64,000 nt of DNA from Leidyana gryllorum EB-2025a (lineage: Eukaryota > Protista > Apicomplexa), in NCBI GenBank assembly GCA_048772705.1, contig JBLWGC010000085.1:6462-70461 (forward strand), written 5' to 3'. The notes beneath the pieces were generated by a model, which did no database searches, was not told where the DNA came from, and saw nothing but the letters and a program-made list of their open reading frames with translations. Positions 24,942 to 36,941 of this stretch are shown here, piece after piece. Both the position numbers and the translations under genes were made by a program. The number at the start of each line of letters is the position of its first letter. Positions within the stretch are counted from its first letter, which is position 1.

Positions 24942-26008
24942 TTGAACCATTGTTAGCTCCTATCAATAATCGATCAATCCCGTGTATGACCTCCCCAATG
25001 GTCGGAGCCAAGTAGTGCAAACGACCCCCAGTAAAGCTGAGCGCTCTTCACAGCCTCTCCAGTTCTTCCCCGCTTGAACCCAGTGGCTTTCAATGACTAA
25101 GTGGAAGTAGCGAGCCGCGTGCAACTTCGATTATCGGATAACAATGCCTCTTATAGCCAATCGAAATTCACTTAGAACGGGGACCGTCTTCGAGGTGTTG
25201 TGAGTTCCCCTCTGATATGTGCGCACTGAATGACTACTGATGGTTGAGTGATGAGAGACATCGATTGTCTCGACCTGTCTTTGGCGGTCGTGAGCCGTTG
25301 AGCAGGAAGCTATGCAACGGCCGACGACAAGGGAGGAGACAAGCGCTTAACCAATATGGTAGGTAGCGCCTATTCTCGGAGACGGCTGTTCAATGGAACA
25401 GTCCTGGGAAAGTCACTCTATTGGACACGGAAGGGAAGGTGAGTTCAACATTACTGGGCAACAATGAGTGCTCGGGTGGACTCATCCTGACATATCGATG
25501 ATGTGTAATAATGAGACTCGAATGCCTGCCAATGGTGACCGTCTCAACGTCATGCGAGTCGCGTCTAATACTCAATTTTGTGGTTCATTATGGTTAATCG
25601 CCACTTGACGTGGAATTGGGGAGGATCAGATGCAGTGGAAGTGTGGAAGCGGAAGCGTGCGATGATGTGGACGCGTGCCAGCGGTTTGTTGTGGGTGCGC
25701 GAGCTGGAAGCCGGTCGAACGTCGGTAGCGCATGATCAGTGCGAGACGGCAGAAATATGGTGTTGCAACGTGGGCGACGAATGACTGGAAGCTGCTTTTG
25801 ATGAGTGCTTTGCGCACGAATGCGGTATCGAGAAGACGCGGTGCGGGGAAAACGTCAAGCGATCGTTTGTTTGACCTCGCGGATTGACGCGGGGGAGAAA
25901 ACTGGGTAGGCCCTCTCTTCTTTTGTATGTAAACCTCCACAACAGCACCAGCAGTTGTTTGGTTCACACACCTCATCGCGCGTTATTCATCCTTATCGCA
26001 TCGCAGCC

Positions 26009-28303
26009 ATGATCAACACCCAACAGATCGTCATCTCTGAGTGGGCTGCATTCAATGGGAGCTCAAACTTTGACTTCGTCAAGTCATTGTCGTCCCCGTC
26101 CTACAACTCTCAAAGGGAGTTGTTTCTCCCTCTCGTGGATTCTGAGGGGAGAATTGCCTTCCTTGGTTCGTGTGCTCCTCAAAACAGTGTGGAGCTATTG
26201 TCTGTCCCCTCGCCTGGTACAGGCCACCAATCATTGTTAGAGGGACTCCGCTTGATCGTGAGTCATTATCTCAGGCCACTTGAAGAGAATCTTCCTGACA
26301 ACTTACATCCGGCGATTGCAAGTTTGATGACGGATTTTGTCCGCGTAGGTCTGAGCATGGACATTCTTATGACGAAGATATGTCCTTCGAGTGAGACGGA
26401 CTTGTTTGAGATGTTCAAGATCAATGTGACCTATGCGAAAGCGCGGCTGCGATACTTCTTCGACAATGTATCCCAGATCTTACCCACTACTGATCTCGGC
26501 CCACTACAATTGGGGTGCAATCGGTATGACATCGCCCTCGATGAATGTCTCACCCATGCCTCCGGACTCACCGACACCTGGAAGAGCTTCCGGCTGGAGA
26601 GAGAGACACAGGCAATAAGGCATACAAATCAGCTCATCGATGAGCAGGACAGATTCCTCATCGGCCTGTGTTCAAGTCTTTCTCACGCCTCATCCCAATG
26701 CCCAGTCGCTCACACCAAGGAACCCGTCCCATCTCCTCACTTTGGAGCGAACGGACTGTGGAATTCCCCAACGGGGGATTCTCTCAGAGACAGACGAGCT
26801 TCATCACTGCCCGATCACGGCCCCTCTTCCTGCAACTCTCCTCTGGCGGCGAAAGCTTCATCAGGGGATAGAAGGCTGCACAGCTCAACTCCACGACCCA
26901 CCACTTCCACTTTGGAAACTTGCGCCCGGGACTCCTGCCCACCATCGAACAGCGTCAATGCTACAGCAATCCTCACATCCCCCATCAGTGTGATGGAATT
27001 AGACCAACAGCCGCCGACAGAGAAGATCAAAGCCCCAGTTGAACGTGGCCGCTTGGCATCGATCGGTCGAAGTTGTCTTGATCCCCCGGAGCGAGGACGC
27101 GGCCGATGGTCGGGAGGAGGAAAGCAGAGCCCGGAATCAGCCACCTCTGATATTGACCAGCAAGTACCAACCAATGCTAATGCTCCCGACAAGAGACTTC
27201 TTCGACAGCAAAAGGATTTCACTGACACCACCAGACTATATGAGCGGAGCCAAGAACAGAGAAGGGAGAATCAGACACGTCGCATGAGTCACAGCATAAG
27301 ACTGATGACTGGACGTGCACAGGTCAATACGACGAATCAGAAGAAACACACCATTGTCAGAACGGAGAAGCAGCAGCGTCGTGCCCGCTTGGAAGATGTC
27401 CGTGCAGCGCACTATGAAGGACGGATGGCGCGGAGGGCGACTTTAAATATCAAACCACTCGTGCGATCACGGCCTATGAGTCAGTATCGTGTGATGGGCT
27501 CTCGTCGGGATCCCGGGTCCAAGCGCTCTACAGAAGAAGGTGAAGGGAATGTCGATGATAGCCATCCAGCAGGTAGTGTGGCTAGGGCGACTCCCAGGCC
27601 CGAAAGGGAGGCCGAGGTGGGATTTTGCTCTCCAGAAGAAGGTGAAGGGAATGTCGATGATAGCCATCCAGCAGGTAGTGTGGCTAGGGCGACTCCCAGG
27701 CCCGAAAGGGAGGCCGGGGTGGGATTTTGCTCTCCAGAAGAAGGTGAAGGGAATGTCGATGATAGCCATCCAGCAGGTACTGTGGCTAGGGCGACTCCCA
27801 GGCCCGAAAGGGAGGCCGAAGTGGGATTTTGCTCTCCCGAAATTGCTAGAGACTTGACGAAGTGTGGTGCTGATGGAGGAGCAAGCTGCATATTAGACTC
27901 CCCCGAAGCTTGTGACTTTCCGCTGCTGATTGAGCGCCCCGTCGAGACAACGACGGTCGCCTGTGGCGTTCAGGTCGATCCATCCGACCTCGCGCCGGGA
28001 AGAAGAAGTGATGTCGTCAGATCGCCTGAATCTGGAAATGGCCATCCCTACTCACCCAAAGGAAGCGTCTCAGAGCAGTCGTCTTGGTCCGGCAATGATT
28101 CCCCCGCCGATGAGTTTCCAATCGGGCACCCAACTCCTTGTTTACAGAATCCTGCCAAAAATAGCACTCCCGCACCGTTATCCTCGAGGGCGGTGAGTAT
28201 AACAGCAAAGAAGAAGACGGGGTGCAAAAGAGCGAAGCTGCGCCGCTTTCTTCACTTGAATCGAGAATCACGTAGAGCTGCTGAAGTGTGCAACGATATA
28301 TGA
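26009..28303 (+). CDS. Family B member 2, with an internal 34-aa repeat
   Basis: Paralog of 21741..24941, with the same motifs in the same order. Confidence 0.75.
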   Translation: MINTQQIVISEWAAFNGSSNFDFVKSLSSPSYNSQRELFLPLVDSEGRIAFLGSCAPQNSVELLSVPSPGTGHQSLLEGLRLIVSHYLRPLEENLPDNLHPAIASLMTDFVRVGLSMDILMTKICPSSETDLFEMFKINVTYAKARLRYFFDNVSQILPTTDLGPLQLGCNRYDIALDECLTHASGLTDTWKSFRLERETQAIRHTNQLIDEQDRFLIGLCSSLSHASSQCPVAHTKEPVPSPHFGANGLWNSPTGDSLRDRRASSLPDHGPSSCNSPLAAKASSGDRRLHSSTPRPTTSTLETCARDSCPPSNSVNATAILTSPISVMELDQQPPTEKIKAPVERGRLASIGRSCLDPPERGRGRWSGGGKQSPESATSDIDQQVPTNANAPDKRLLRQQKDFTDTTRLYERSQEQRRENQTRRMSHSIRLMTGRAQVNTTNQKKHTIVRTEKQQRRARLEDVRAAHYEGRMARRATLNIKPLVRSRPMSQYRVMGSRRDPGSKRSTEEGEGNVDDSHPAGSVARATPRPEREAEVGFCSPEEGEGNVDDSHPAGSVARATPRPEREAGVGFCSPEEGEGNVDDSHPAGTVARATPRPEREAEVGFCSPEIARDLTKCGADGGASCILDSPEACDFPLLIERPVETTTVACGVQVDPSDLAPGRRSDVVRSPESGNGHPYSPKGSVSEQSSWSGNDSPADEFPIGHPTPCLQNPAKNSTPAPLSSRAVSITAKKKTGCKRAKLRRFLHLNRESRRAAEVCNDI
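27531..27838 (+). repeat. Coding tandem repeat, 3 x 102 bp (EEGEGNVDDSHPAGSVARATPRPEREAEVGFCSP)
   Basis: Units start at 27531, 27633 and 27735 and are nearly identical. Confidence 0.95.
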
Positions 28304-28769
28304 TATGGACACAAGTCGAAGAACTATTATTACAAAATCAAAGTCATTAATCTGAAGTAAGATGGGGCATGAAGCCCCAATCCCTGGTACCCTTGACGTA
28401 GTCACCTGTTTGGTGCGACCGACATATGGAAAGCGCGAACTCTTCTTTTTGGTTACACTGGGCTCCTCGCACGATGGGTACAGCTGGGACACACAAGTTG
28501 TCGGAGGAATAGGTCGCGTAGGCGCCAGAGGCCTCCAACGGACACTCGTGGACGCCAACATACACTCTGCAAGGGAGTGAGCCGTGGGCTTGGCTCGCAT
28601 GAAACTCCGAGGCGTCGGGGGTTCCTACTGGTTCACTCACCACTGGGAAGTCGGTCATGACTCGTCAGCTAACTCTGATCGATTTACAAAAGACTACAGG
28701 AATGTCGGTGACATCACAGCTATCTCGGTGGGCTAACTACGCCTGACCGCTCAGGGAGACACGCACTTG

Positions 28770-28849
28770 TTGATCTGCAATAGACACACAGACACAGCCC
28801 AGCCGCATCGCCCATTGGGACGATGCCGCACACAACTACAAAAGCCCAG
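28770..28849 (+). repeat. Truncated 5' fragment of the 333-bp dispersed element
   Basis: tgatctgcaatagacacacagacac...gcatcgcccattgggacgatgccgcacacaactacaaaagc matches the sequence starting at 29362 and at 40118. Confidence 0.9.
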
Positions 28850-29260
28850 AGTGAGCCGTTAATTCGTGATCGGTTCTGTAGGCCGATCAGCGTTCGGAAC
28901 TGCCGTAAGGTCGACCGTAGGGTTTTGATCTTCCTCTTGGTTGCTTGCCGCCTTGCTCCTTAATCCGTCCTTCGCCATCGCGTAGTTCAATTAGTCAAGT
29001 CAGTTCAGTCCGTGCCGAGCACACGCGTGTTTGGATGCCGGTGTCTCCGTGTCAGCCGGCCCCAATCGTCATATAGATCACCACACATAAAATATAAACA
29101 AATAAAAGATGCAAAAGGGGGTTCACTAATCTAGGGTTACAGTACCCTAACACTCCGTGTCACACAGGGGTTTGACGAATCAGAGGTGCAAAGGCATCTG
29201 TTAACTCTGTCAACAACACGAGCTAAGTAGATCCAGTCAACAAGGTCACGCCGATACAAC

Positions 29261-29695
29261 TGATTGGAGTTTGCGGGGTCCTGGGAGGGGTCCTGGGAGG
29301 GGTTTGGATCGGTGGTGACGCGGTGTTGGATTGGCGTGACCTCCTCAACTTGTTCCGACATTGATCTGTAATAGACACACAGACACAACCCAGCTGCATC
29401 GCCCATTGGGACGATGCCGCACACAACTACAAAAGCACAGATAGAATAGAAAAGACAGACAGAGCGAGAGATGCGCGACTCTTAATCAGTGACTATAGAT
29501 CAACAAAACTACAACTCAACTACTACAACTTCTACTACTCATCATACCCGTTATAACCCGATCACAGAGCCTACGCCTACAAAGGCGATCCTCCAAGGAA
29601 CCAGACATGTCGGAACAAGTTGAAGAGGTCACGCCAATCCAACACCCTGTCACCACCGATCCAAACCCCTCCCAGGACCCCGCAAACTCCAATCA
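29261..29695. mobile_element. 333-bp element (29362-29695) preceded by an inverted copy of its own 3' ~90-100 bp (29261-29361)
   Basis: 29261-29361 is the reverse complement of 29607-29695, apart from one extra 12-nt unit and a few substitutions. The body is near-identical to 40118-40450. No transposase or RT seen, and no target-site duplication seen. Confidence 0.65.
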
Positions 29696-29880
29696 AGGAT
29701 TAGATGTACTTGAGGAACATGCGTTAGGAGGTAACTCATTTTACGTTAGAGACAAGAGCTAAGAAGATCCAGTCAACAACTCCCGTCAACAGTTGAAGGT
29801 GTCAAAGATTGGATGTACATGGAGAACATACACATTAGTAATTCATTTTACGTTGGACTACACAGCTAAGTACGAACCGG
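29696..29880. repeat. Degenerate ~108-bp tandem/dispersed repeat
   Basis: Two units of gattrgatgtac...gtaaytcattttacgtt...agctaag. Related sequence at 29219-29243 and 57214-57300. Confidence 0.6.
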
Positions 29881-30251
29881 TACACAAGCCAACTCCGAAC
29901 CAGCAAACAGTGCCGATCGTAACCAATATCAATAGCCCCCCAGGTCTCTCGCCAGATATCAGTGTTACGCATTTTGGGAGGCATATCCTTCCCATAGCAT
30001 TAATGTGAATTGTTAAGAGCAGCCATACGAGTATCCACATTGTGTGTCAATTTAATCTGACGAAAAATTCAGGTAGATTCATTAACTCGAACGGCCGTGT
30101 TCACTTATCATCCACATTCGATCATTGATTCAGAGGCGTGTGGTGTGACATCATTAAGTCACCGTTCCTCATAAATTCATTTCCTTCAAAGAGAAATGTC
30201 GAAAATCTTGAGCTTTGCAAATTGTTGGGCTCCGCGAATTCTTGGGCATTT

Positions 30252-33200
30252 TCATTGCTCCCCTGGACCATTCCAGAAACATTGGAGGATTTCTTTTGGG
30301 GCTGGAGGGGTCTTGGTGGTAAAGCACTTTTGCAACACCATGGCAACGGCTTCAGCATCTGTTGCGGGAAATTCTGCTCCGCTGGCGGCCGGGGCGGTGG
30401 TGGCGGCGGTGGAGGCGGCGGTGGACTGCTCCGTCATTGTCTCCCCTTCGATTCCTGCCAAGCTGTGTTGGCTGAGGTCAGAGTCGGGATGGTATAGTTT
30501 CTGGAGACCCATCACCATCTGCTTGGCGACATCTTCTCCCATCCCCGCTTCACCTTCCGTTTTGTGCCATTTAGCAGTAAATTGCGTCTCGGGGTAAGCT
30601 GGATTGGTCCTCTGTTTCGGATGGAGTGTTACCTCGCGGTTTGCCAACCATTTGAGGACGCTAATCGCTTCCTCACCTTCCTCGTAAGTCAGAGGCTTCA
30701 AGGCAACATATTCCAAAACTCCTGCCGAGATCACGGCCGACTGCGAGTCGGGGGAAGTTTCCAGACTTTCCTTGATCAGTTGGACCGTGGGAGCTCGTCC
30801 AATCATGCGGGCAGCATTCCTGAGAGCGTCTGGAACGCGTTTACCACCGACTGCAGTAATGTGTACGGGCTCCTCGCGTATGGCCGATTCGGTGCTGCCC
30901 AGGCATGGTACCGCGGCATCAGGCATCTGCGCGGCCACCCCGGCTTGAAGCTTCTCTTCCTTCAACTTCCGCTCAACGTACCCAATAGGGGCCTTGCAAA
31001 CTTCCAGACAATCAGCCTGATCAGCTTCGGGTCTTGCAGAGCACACTTCCTCACAAGTATAGTGAAACTTATCGAAGTCTGATTTGGGACCGGCTTTTTG
31101 TTGTTGGGGGCCAGTCTTCTCAGCGGCACGTAAGTATATCGGCCAAGTGACATGCTCATTATCGCAATCCTTACACTCTACCCCAATCACGCTTCCATCA
31201 GCTTGCTCTTCACCACAGATCCATAGGGGGTTGGAAGGGTATAACTCCTGATCCGGCCTCCGCGGCGGCTCGCTGCAAATCATGTCTTCTGGAACATTTT
31301 GGCCCTTGTAAGCAACCTTGTAGAGCCTGGTGAGTCGCTCTTCATCCTCAAAGTGACCGAACAGTACGATATGACGACTTTCTTCTTGTCGTTGTGCTTT
31401 GATCGTCTCATCCGGGATTTGCTGTTCTTGGGCAACGGACTCCCCGGCCGGGTCGGGGCAAATACCGTCTGCTATTCGTTGTGCTTTGATCCTCTCCCGC
31501 CGGTTTTCCAGCCACTGGTCGAGCTGTGGCTGGGGCAGGAGGGGAGGGAACCTCGGGTCCGCAGGCTCCCCACACGGCTCTTCTTGGACACCGAGCTCGA
31601 GCTCCTCGGACAGATTGATGCGACGACCTTCCAGGGGAGTTTTCTTCAGCCACCCAACATTCGGATCATTGCAGTCTGAACATTCAATCGCACTCAAGGG
31701 TCCATCCTGTGCGCGTTGAGCACAGAGCCACTGGTCGGGAGCGCTCGTCTGCTCCGGGTCGGTGCAGATCATGTCATCTGGAACATCTTGGCCCTCGTAA
31801 GGAATTTTGCCAATTTTGTCCTCAATGTCATCAGGACGTAGTCTGGCAGGCCTGATGCGAACCCGGTTGGAGAGAGGGATAGGTGGGTCGGCACGCAGCT
31901 TTTGCTGACGACGGAGAGTGAACTCGTTCTCATCATCCTGTGGCTGGGCGGACAGCTTGACGCGACGACCGGGTCTCCGGTTGGAGACAGGGAAAGGTGG
32001 GTCGGCAGGCAGCGTTTCCAGCTGGAGGAGAGTGAACTCGTCCTCATCATCCTGTGGCTGGGCAGACAGCTTGACGCGACGACCTCTCTGTTGTTGCTCG
32101 TGACGAGAGGGGTCGGTGCAAAAACCGTTTGCTATTCGTTGGGCTTTGATCCTCTCCCGCCGGTCTTCCAGCCACTGATCGAGCTCTGGCTTGGGCAGGA
32201 GGGGAACGAACCTCGGGTCCTCAATCTCCCCACACGGGTCCTCTTGGACAACGGACTCGGTGTTCGCGGATGGCTCGGTGCAAAAACCGTTTGCTATTCG
32301 TTGAGCTTTGATCCTCTCCCGCCGGTCTTCCAGCCACTGATCGAGCTCTGGCTTGGGCAGGAGGGGAACCAACCTCGGGTCCTCAATCTCCCCACAAGGG
32401 TCCTCTTGGACAACGGACTCGGTGTTCGCGGGCAGCTTGATGCGACGACCTTGTTGGGGAGCCTGGTCCAGCCACCCAGCTTTCGCATCAATGCACTCTG
32501 AACATTCAATCGCAGTCAAGCCTCCATCCGGTGCGCGTTCAGCACAGAGCCACCGGTTCGGCACAATCAACTTAATAATAGGGCCCTTCTGCCGGTCGTA
32601 GCAGATCATGTCCTTTGGAACATCTTGGTCGTCGTATCGAATTTTGCCAATTTCGCATGGAGTCTTTGATCCCTTACAAGAGTCGTTGGAGACAGGGATA
32701 GGTGGGTCGGCACGCAGCTTTTGCTGACGACGGAGAGTGAACCCGTTCTCATCATCCTGTGGCTGGGCGGACAGCTTGACGAGACGACCGGGTCTCCGGT
32801 TGGAGACAGGGAAAGGTGGGTCGGCAGGCAGCGTTTCCAGCCGGAGGAGAGTGAACTCGTCCTCATCATCCTGTGGCTGGGCGGACAGCTTGATGCGACG
32901 ACCTCCCTGTTGTTGCTCGTGATGAGAGGGGTCGGCGGCCGGGTCGGGGCAAATACCGTCGGCTATTCGTTGTGCTTTGATCCTCTCCCGCCGGTTTTCC
33001 AGCCACTGGTCGAGCTGTGGCTGGGGCAGGAGGGGAATGCGCTTCGGGTCCTTAATCTCCCCACACGGGTCTTCTTGGACAACGGACTCGGGCTCCGCAG
33101 ACGGCTCGGGGCAAATACCGTCGGCTATTCGTTGTGCTTTGATCCTCTCCCGCCGGTTTTCCAGCCACTGGTCGAGCTGTGGCTGGGGCAGAAGGGGAAT

Positions 33201-35594
33201 GCGCTTCGGGTCCTTAATCTCCCCACACGGGTCCTCTTGGACAACGGACTCGGGCTCCGCAGACGGCTCGGGGCAAATACCGTCGGCTATTCGTTGTGCT
33301 TTGATCCTCTCCCGCCGGTTTTCCAGCCACTGGTCGAGCTGTGGCTGGGGCAGGAGGGGAATGCGCTTCGGGTCCTTAATCTCCCCACACGGGTCCTCTT
33401 GGACAACGGACTCGGGCTCCGCAGACGGCTCGGGGCAAATACCGTCGGCTATTCGTTGTGCTTTGATCCTCTCCCGCCGGTTTTCCAGCCACTGGTCGAG
33501 CTGTGGCTGGGGCAGGAGGGGAATGCGCTTCGGGTCCTTAATCTCCCCACACGGGTCTTCTTGGACAACGGACTCGGGCTCCGCAGACGGCTCGGGGCAA
33601 ATACCGTCGGCTATTCGTTGTGCTTTGATCCTCTCCCGCCGGTTTTCCAGCCACTGGTCGAGCTGTGGCTGGGGCAGGAGGGGAATGCGCTTCGGGTCCT
33701 TAATCTCCCCACACGGGTCCTCTTGGACAACGGACTCGGGCTCCGCAGACGGCTCGGGGCAAATACCGTCGGCTATTCGTTGTGCTTTGATCCTCTCCCG
33801 CCGGTTTTCCAGCCACTGGTCGAGCTGTGGCTGGGGCAGGAGGGGAATGCGCTTCGGGTCCTTAATCTCCCCACACGGGTCCTCTTGGACAACGGACTCG
33901 GGCTCCGCAGACGGCTCGGGGCAAATACCGTCGGCTATTCGTTGTGCTTTGATCCTCTCCCGCCGGTTTTCCAGCCACTGGTCGAGCTGTGGCTGGGGCA
34001 GGAGGGGAATGCGCTTCGGGTCCTTAATCTCCCCACACGGGTCTTCTTGGACAACGGACTCGGGCTCCGCAGACGGCTCGGGGCAAATCCCGTCGGCTAT
34101 TCGTTGTGCTTTGATCCTCTCCCGCCGGTTTTCCAGCCACTGGTCGAGCTGTGGCTGGGGCAGGAGGGGAATGCGCTTCGGGTCCTTAATCTCCCCACAC
34201 GGGTCCTCTTGGACAACGGACTCGGGCTCCGCAGACGGCTCGGGGCAAATACCGTCGGCTATTCGTTGTGCTTTGATCCTCTCCCGCCGGTTTTCCAGCC
34301 ACTGGTCGAGCTGTGGCTGGGGCAGGAGGGGAACGAACCTCGGGTCCTCAATCTCCCCACACGGGTCTTCTTGGACAACGGACTCGGGCTCCGCAGACGG
34401 CTCGGGGCAAATACCGTCGGCTATTCGTTGTGCTTTGATCCTCTCCCGCCGGTTTTCCAGCCACTGGTCGAGCTGTGGCTGGGGCAGAAGGGGAACGCGC
34501 CTCGGGTCCTTAATCTCCCCACACGGGTCTTCTTGGACAACGGACTCGGTGTTCGCGGCCGGGTCGGGGCAAATACCGTCGGCTATTCGTTGGGCTTTGA
34601 TCCTCTCCCGCCGGTTTGCCAGCCAGTCTTCGAGCTCTGGCTGGGGCAGAAGGGGAATTAAGCTCGGGTTCTTAATCTCCCCACACGGGTCTTCTTCGAC
34701 AACGGGCTCGGGGCAAATACCGTCTATTATTCGTTGTGCTTTGATCCTCTCCCGCCCGTTTGCCAGCCAGTTATCGAGCTGTGGCTGGGGCAGAAGGGGA
34801 ATTATGCTCGGGTCCTCAAACTCCCCACACGGGTCTTCTTGGACAACGGACTCGGGCTCCGCAGACGGCTCGGGGCAAATACCGTCGGCTATTCGTTGTG
34901 CTTTGATCCTCTCCCGCCGGTTTGCCAGCCAGTCTTCGAGCTGTGGCTGGGGCAGAAGGGGTTTTACGCTCGGGTCCTCAATCTCCCCACACGGGTCAGC
35001 GTCATCAGGACGAGGCTGCTTTTGCAGCGCCAGCTTTTTGAACTCGTACTGCTGTCTGGGTTTGGAAGTTGAACGTGAGAGCGTAGTGACTTCGTGGCCT
35101 TGATCAGCAGTGGCATTGGAGGGCTGCAATTTGGAAACGAATGAGAATCAGCTCGTCAACTCGACGTTACCTACCTGAGTGCCCGTAACCCAATTCAAGA
35201 CCTTTCGGACTAGGCCAATTTCAGAGGCGGCGGTGGCATTCTGCTTGGTGGCTTGCTCATGCAAAAATTTGATCTCGCCGCCTTTCGATTTCGATTTCGA
35301 TCCTTGGGTGGCTCTTTGATACTGACGTGTCGCCTTGCGCTTTGCTTGATGATTGGGCTCAGGCAGCCAGTGGGGTACAGTTGCGATTGGCTGGCCATTC
35401 ACTCTCGCCACATGGGGTGCAGTGCTATTCGCTGTTCCGTTGTGAGAAAGAACGGTTCCATTGCCCTCGACTGAGTATGTCAATGTCGAGTTCCCGTTGA
35501 AGACTTGAGCAGTAAGCAGAGGCAGATGCTGCATCAATGAGGGGCTCTTAGAGTCATGAGAAGTAAGGGATTCAACCCGCACGTTGGGAGCCAT
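30252..35594 (-). CDS. Superfamily C (LTAQV-leader type): large repetitive Cys-containing protein, 2 exons
   Basis: Leader exon MAPNVRVES...HLPLLTAQV. A ~51-nt intron (gtaggt...ttgcag, ~35124-35174) joins in frame to the 1625-aa ORF. About 16 copies of a 54-aa repeat, three Cys-rich modules, and a C-terminal domain QSAVISAG..KPLT..W..YHP.S shared with the genes at 36942 and 40876. Confidence 0.8.
32935..34997 (-). repeat. Coding tandem array, ~13 x 162 bp (DPCGEIKDPKRIPLLPQPQLDQWLENRRERIKAQRIADGICPEPSAEPESVVQE); 3 more copies at 31450-32405
   Basis: The 162-nt period is directly visible (e.g. 32944 and 33106). Central units are almost identical. Confidence 0.95.
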
Positions 35595-36941
35595 TTTTCT
35601 CCAATGAAGCTACTGATGTAACAATAAAATATTTAATTGTTTAGGGTATAAAGCTCAGACAAAACGCGCGTTGTTAGATCAAACGGCTTGGAGAGGACAC
35701 AACGTGCCACACACCACCACACACGTGGTCAAGTTCACCTCGTGAGCTTGACACTCTCTCAAGACAAGTAGTCATGAGAATCACGGGTTGTGGCCGCAAA
35801 GAGTAGGTGGATTCATTGTCTTCGCACTCCTTACACAACTCGGTTCCGTCACGCACAGTGCGTGGACAACGTCCGTCTGGGATTCTGATCTGTAACGACA
35901 CTCTGATTACGGTCTTCATACTCACATCACTCAGCTCTCAGGCGACAGCTCTCAGGCGACGTCTCTCGAAGTCGGTTACGACAATCATATTCAAGACGTG
36001 ATATCGGTAAGTTCTTCGGAGCAAACTGATGCCTAAACACAGTACCAGTGGTGAGACGTCAATCAAGTTGGTTCACGAGCAGTGAACAGCCGGCGTGAAC
36101 CAAGCAACACATACTGCCGAAACATAGTCAAGCGAGGTTCTTTCAGAGGGTTCGCTCCACTGCTCTTCACTTTCGCTGGTGATAGGAATGCGTTACCCAC
36201 AAGAGATGGGCCTGTCCCGATTCAGCTCTCACTTAACAGCAAGACGACGACAGCCTTCTTCCGGTCTCCCTGGTGATGCGCTATAGGTTATAGGTTGCTT
36301 GGAATACGTAGACAGCAGTAGCGCTTTGGGGGTCTATCTTGTCGGGATGAGTCGGAGGCTTGACGATCGCAAGTCGTTCACTCTCTTTGCGGCATGTATA
36401 GAATTTGATCAGCTCTTGAAGCACTCCTTGATATTTTGTGGGGAATTAGTGTCATGCGACCGACGCGCAACGGTGCGGGCTCGTCGGACTACCCAATATC
36501 TCTCGGCAGCACACAAAGGTCGACATCTTCCTGCCCAAGGGGGTCGCACTGCACGGGTGTACACTTTGGGGGAACGAATGATTGTCCCATGGCGTGGAGC
36601 AGAGGGGACAAAAGCAGCAAACAAAGTGCATCCGTTGTGTCAATGTAACTCGAGAAGAAGCCGATTGAACATCATCAGGGCGACTACCTGTGTCCCATTT
36701 GTCCCCCGCTCCGCTGGCCCAGATACCTTGACTTTGGTATCTTGGGGAATGAGGATGTGAGTGATACACCCACCGGGGTGGGGAAATAGTCAGTGAGACT
36801 CTCCATCCATTGCAGTATGACGCACAGTCCACAGTACCGAGTCCCTTTGGATATTTACCAAACTCCTTCTCACTCAGACGGAGTATGCCCTTTCTCCTTA
36901 CGGCCAACGTTGACTGCCTCTGCGGGAGACACCCGATAATC

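Noticed and set aside
25805-25860. U4-like start GCTTTGCGCA...GTATCG
   Set aside because: No kink-turn stem-loop, no U6-pairing stem I sequence and no Sm site follow.
27017-27035. U6-like ACAGAGAAGAT
   Set aside because: Lies inside a long ORF and lacks the following AGC triad and internal stem-loop.
29137-29426. Short ORFs here and at 39884-40658 as genes
   Set aside because: They are translations across copies of the dispersed element and change at its boundaries.
32935-34997. CRISPR-like appearance of the regular repeat
   Set aside because: Contiguous coding units with no unique spacers, no cas genes, and a eukaryotic context.
32721-35103. 646-aa and 708-aa plus-strand ORFs
   Set aside because: Antisense shadows of the 162-bp coding repeat; a stop-free unit repeated yields long ORFs automatically.
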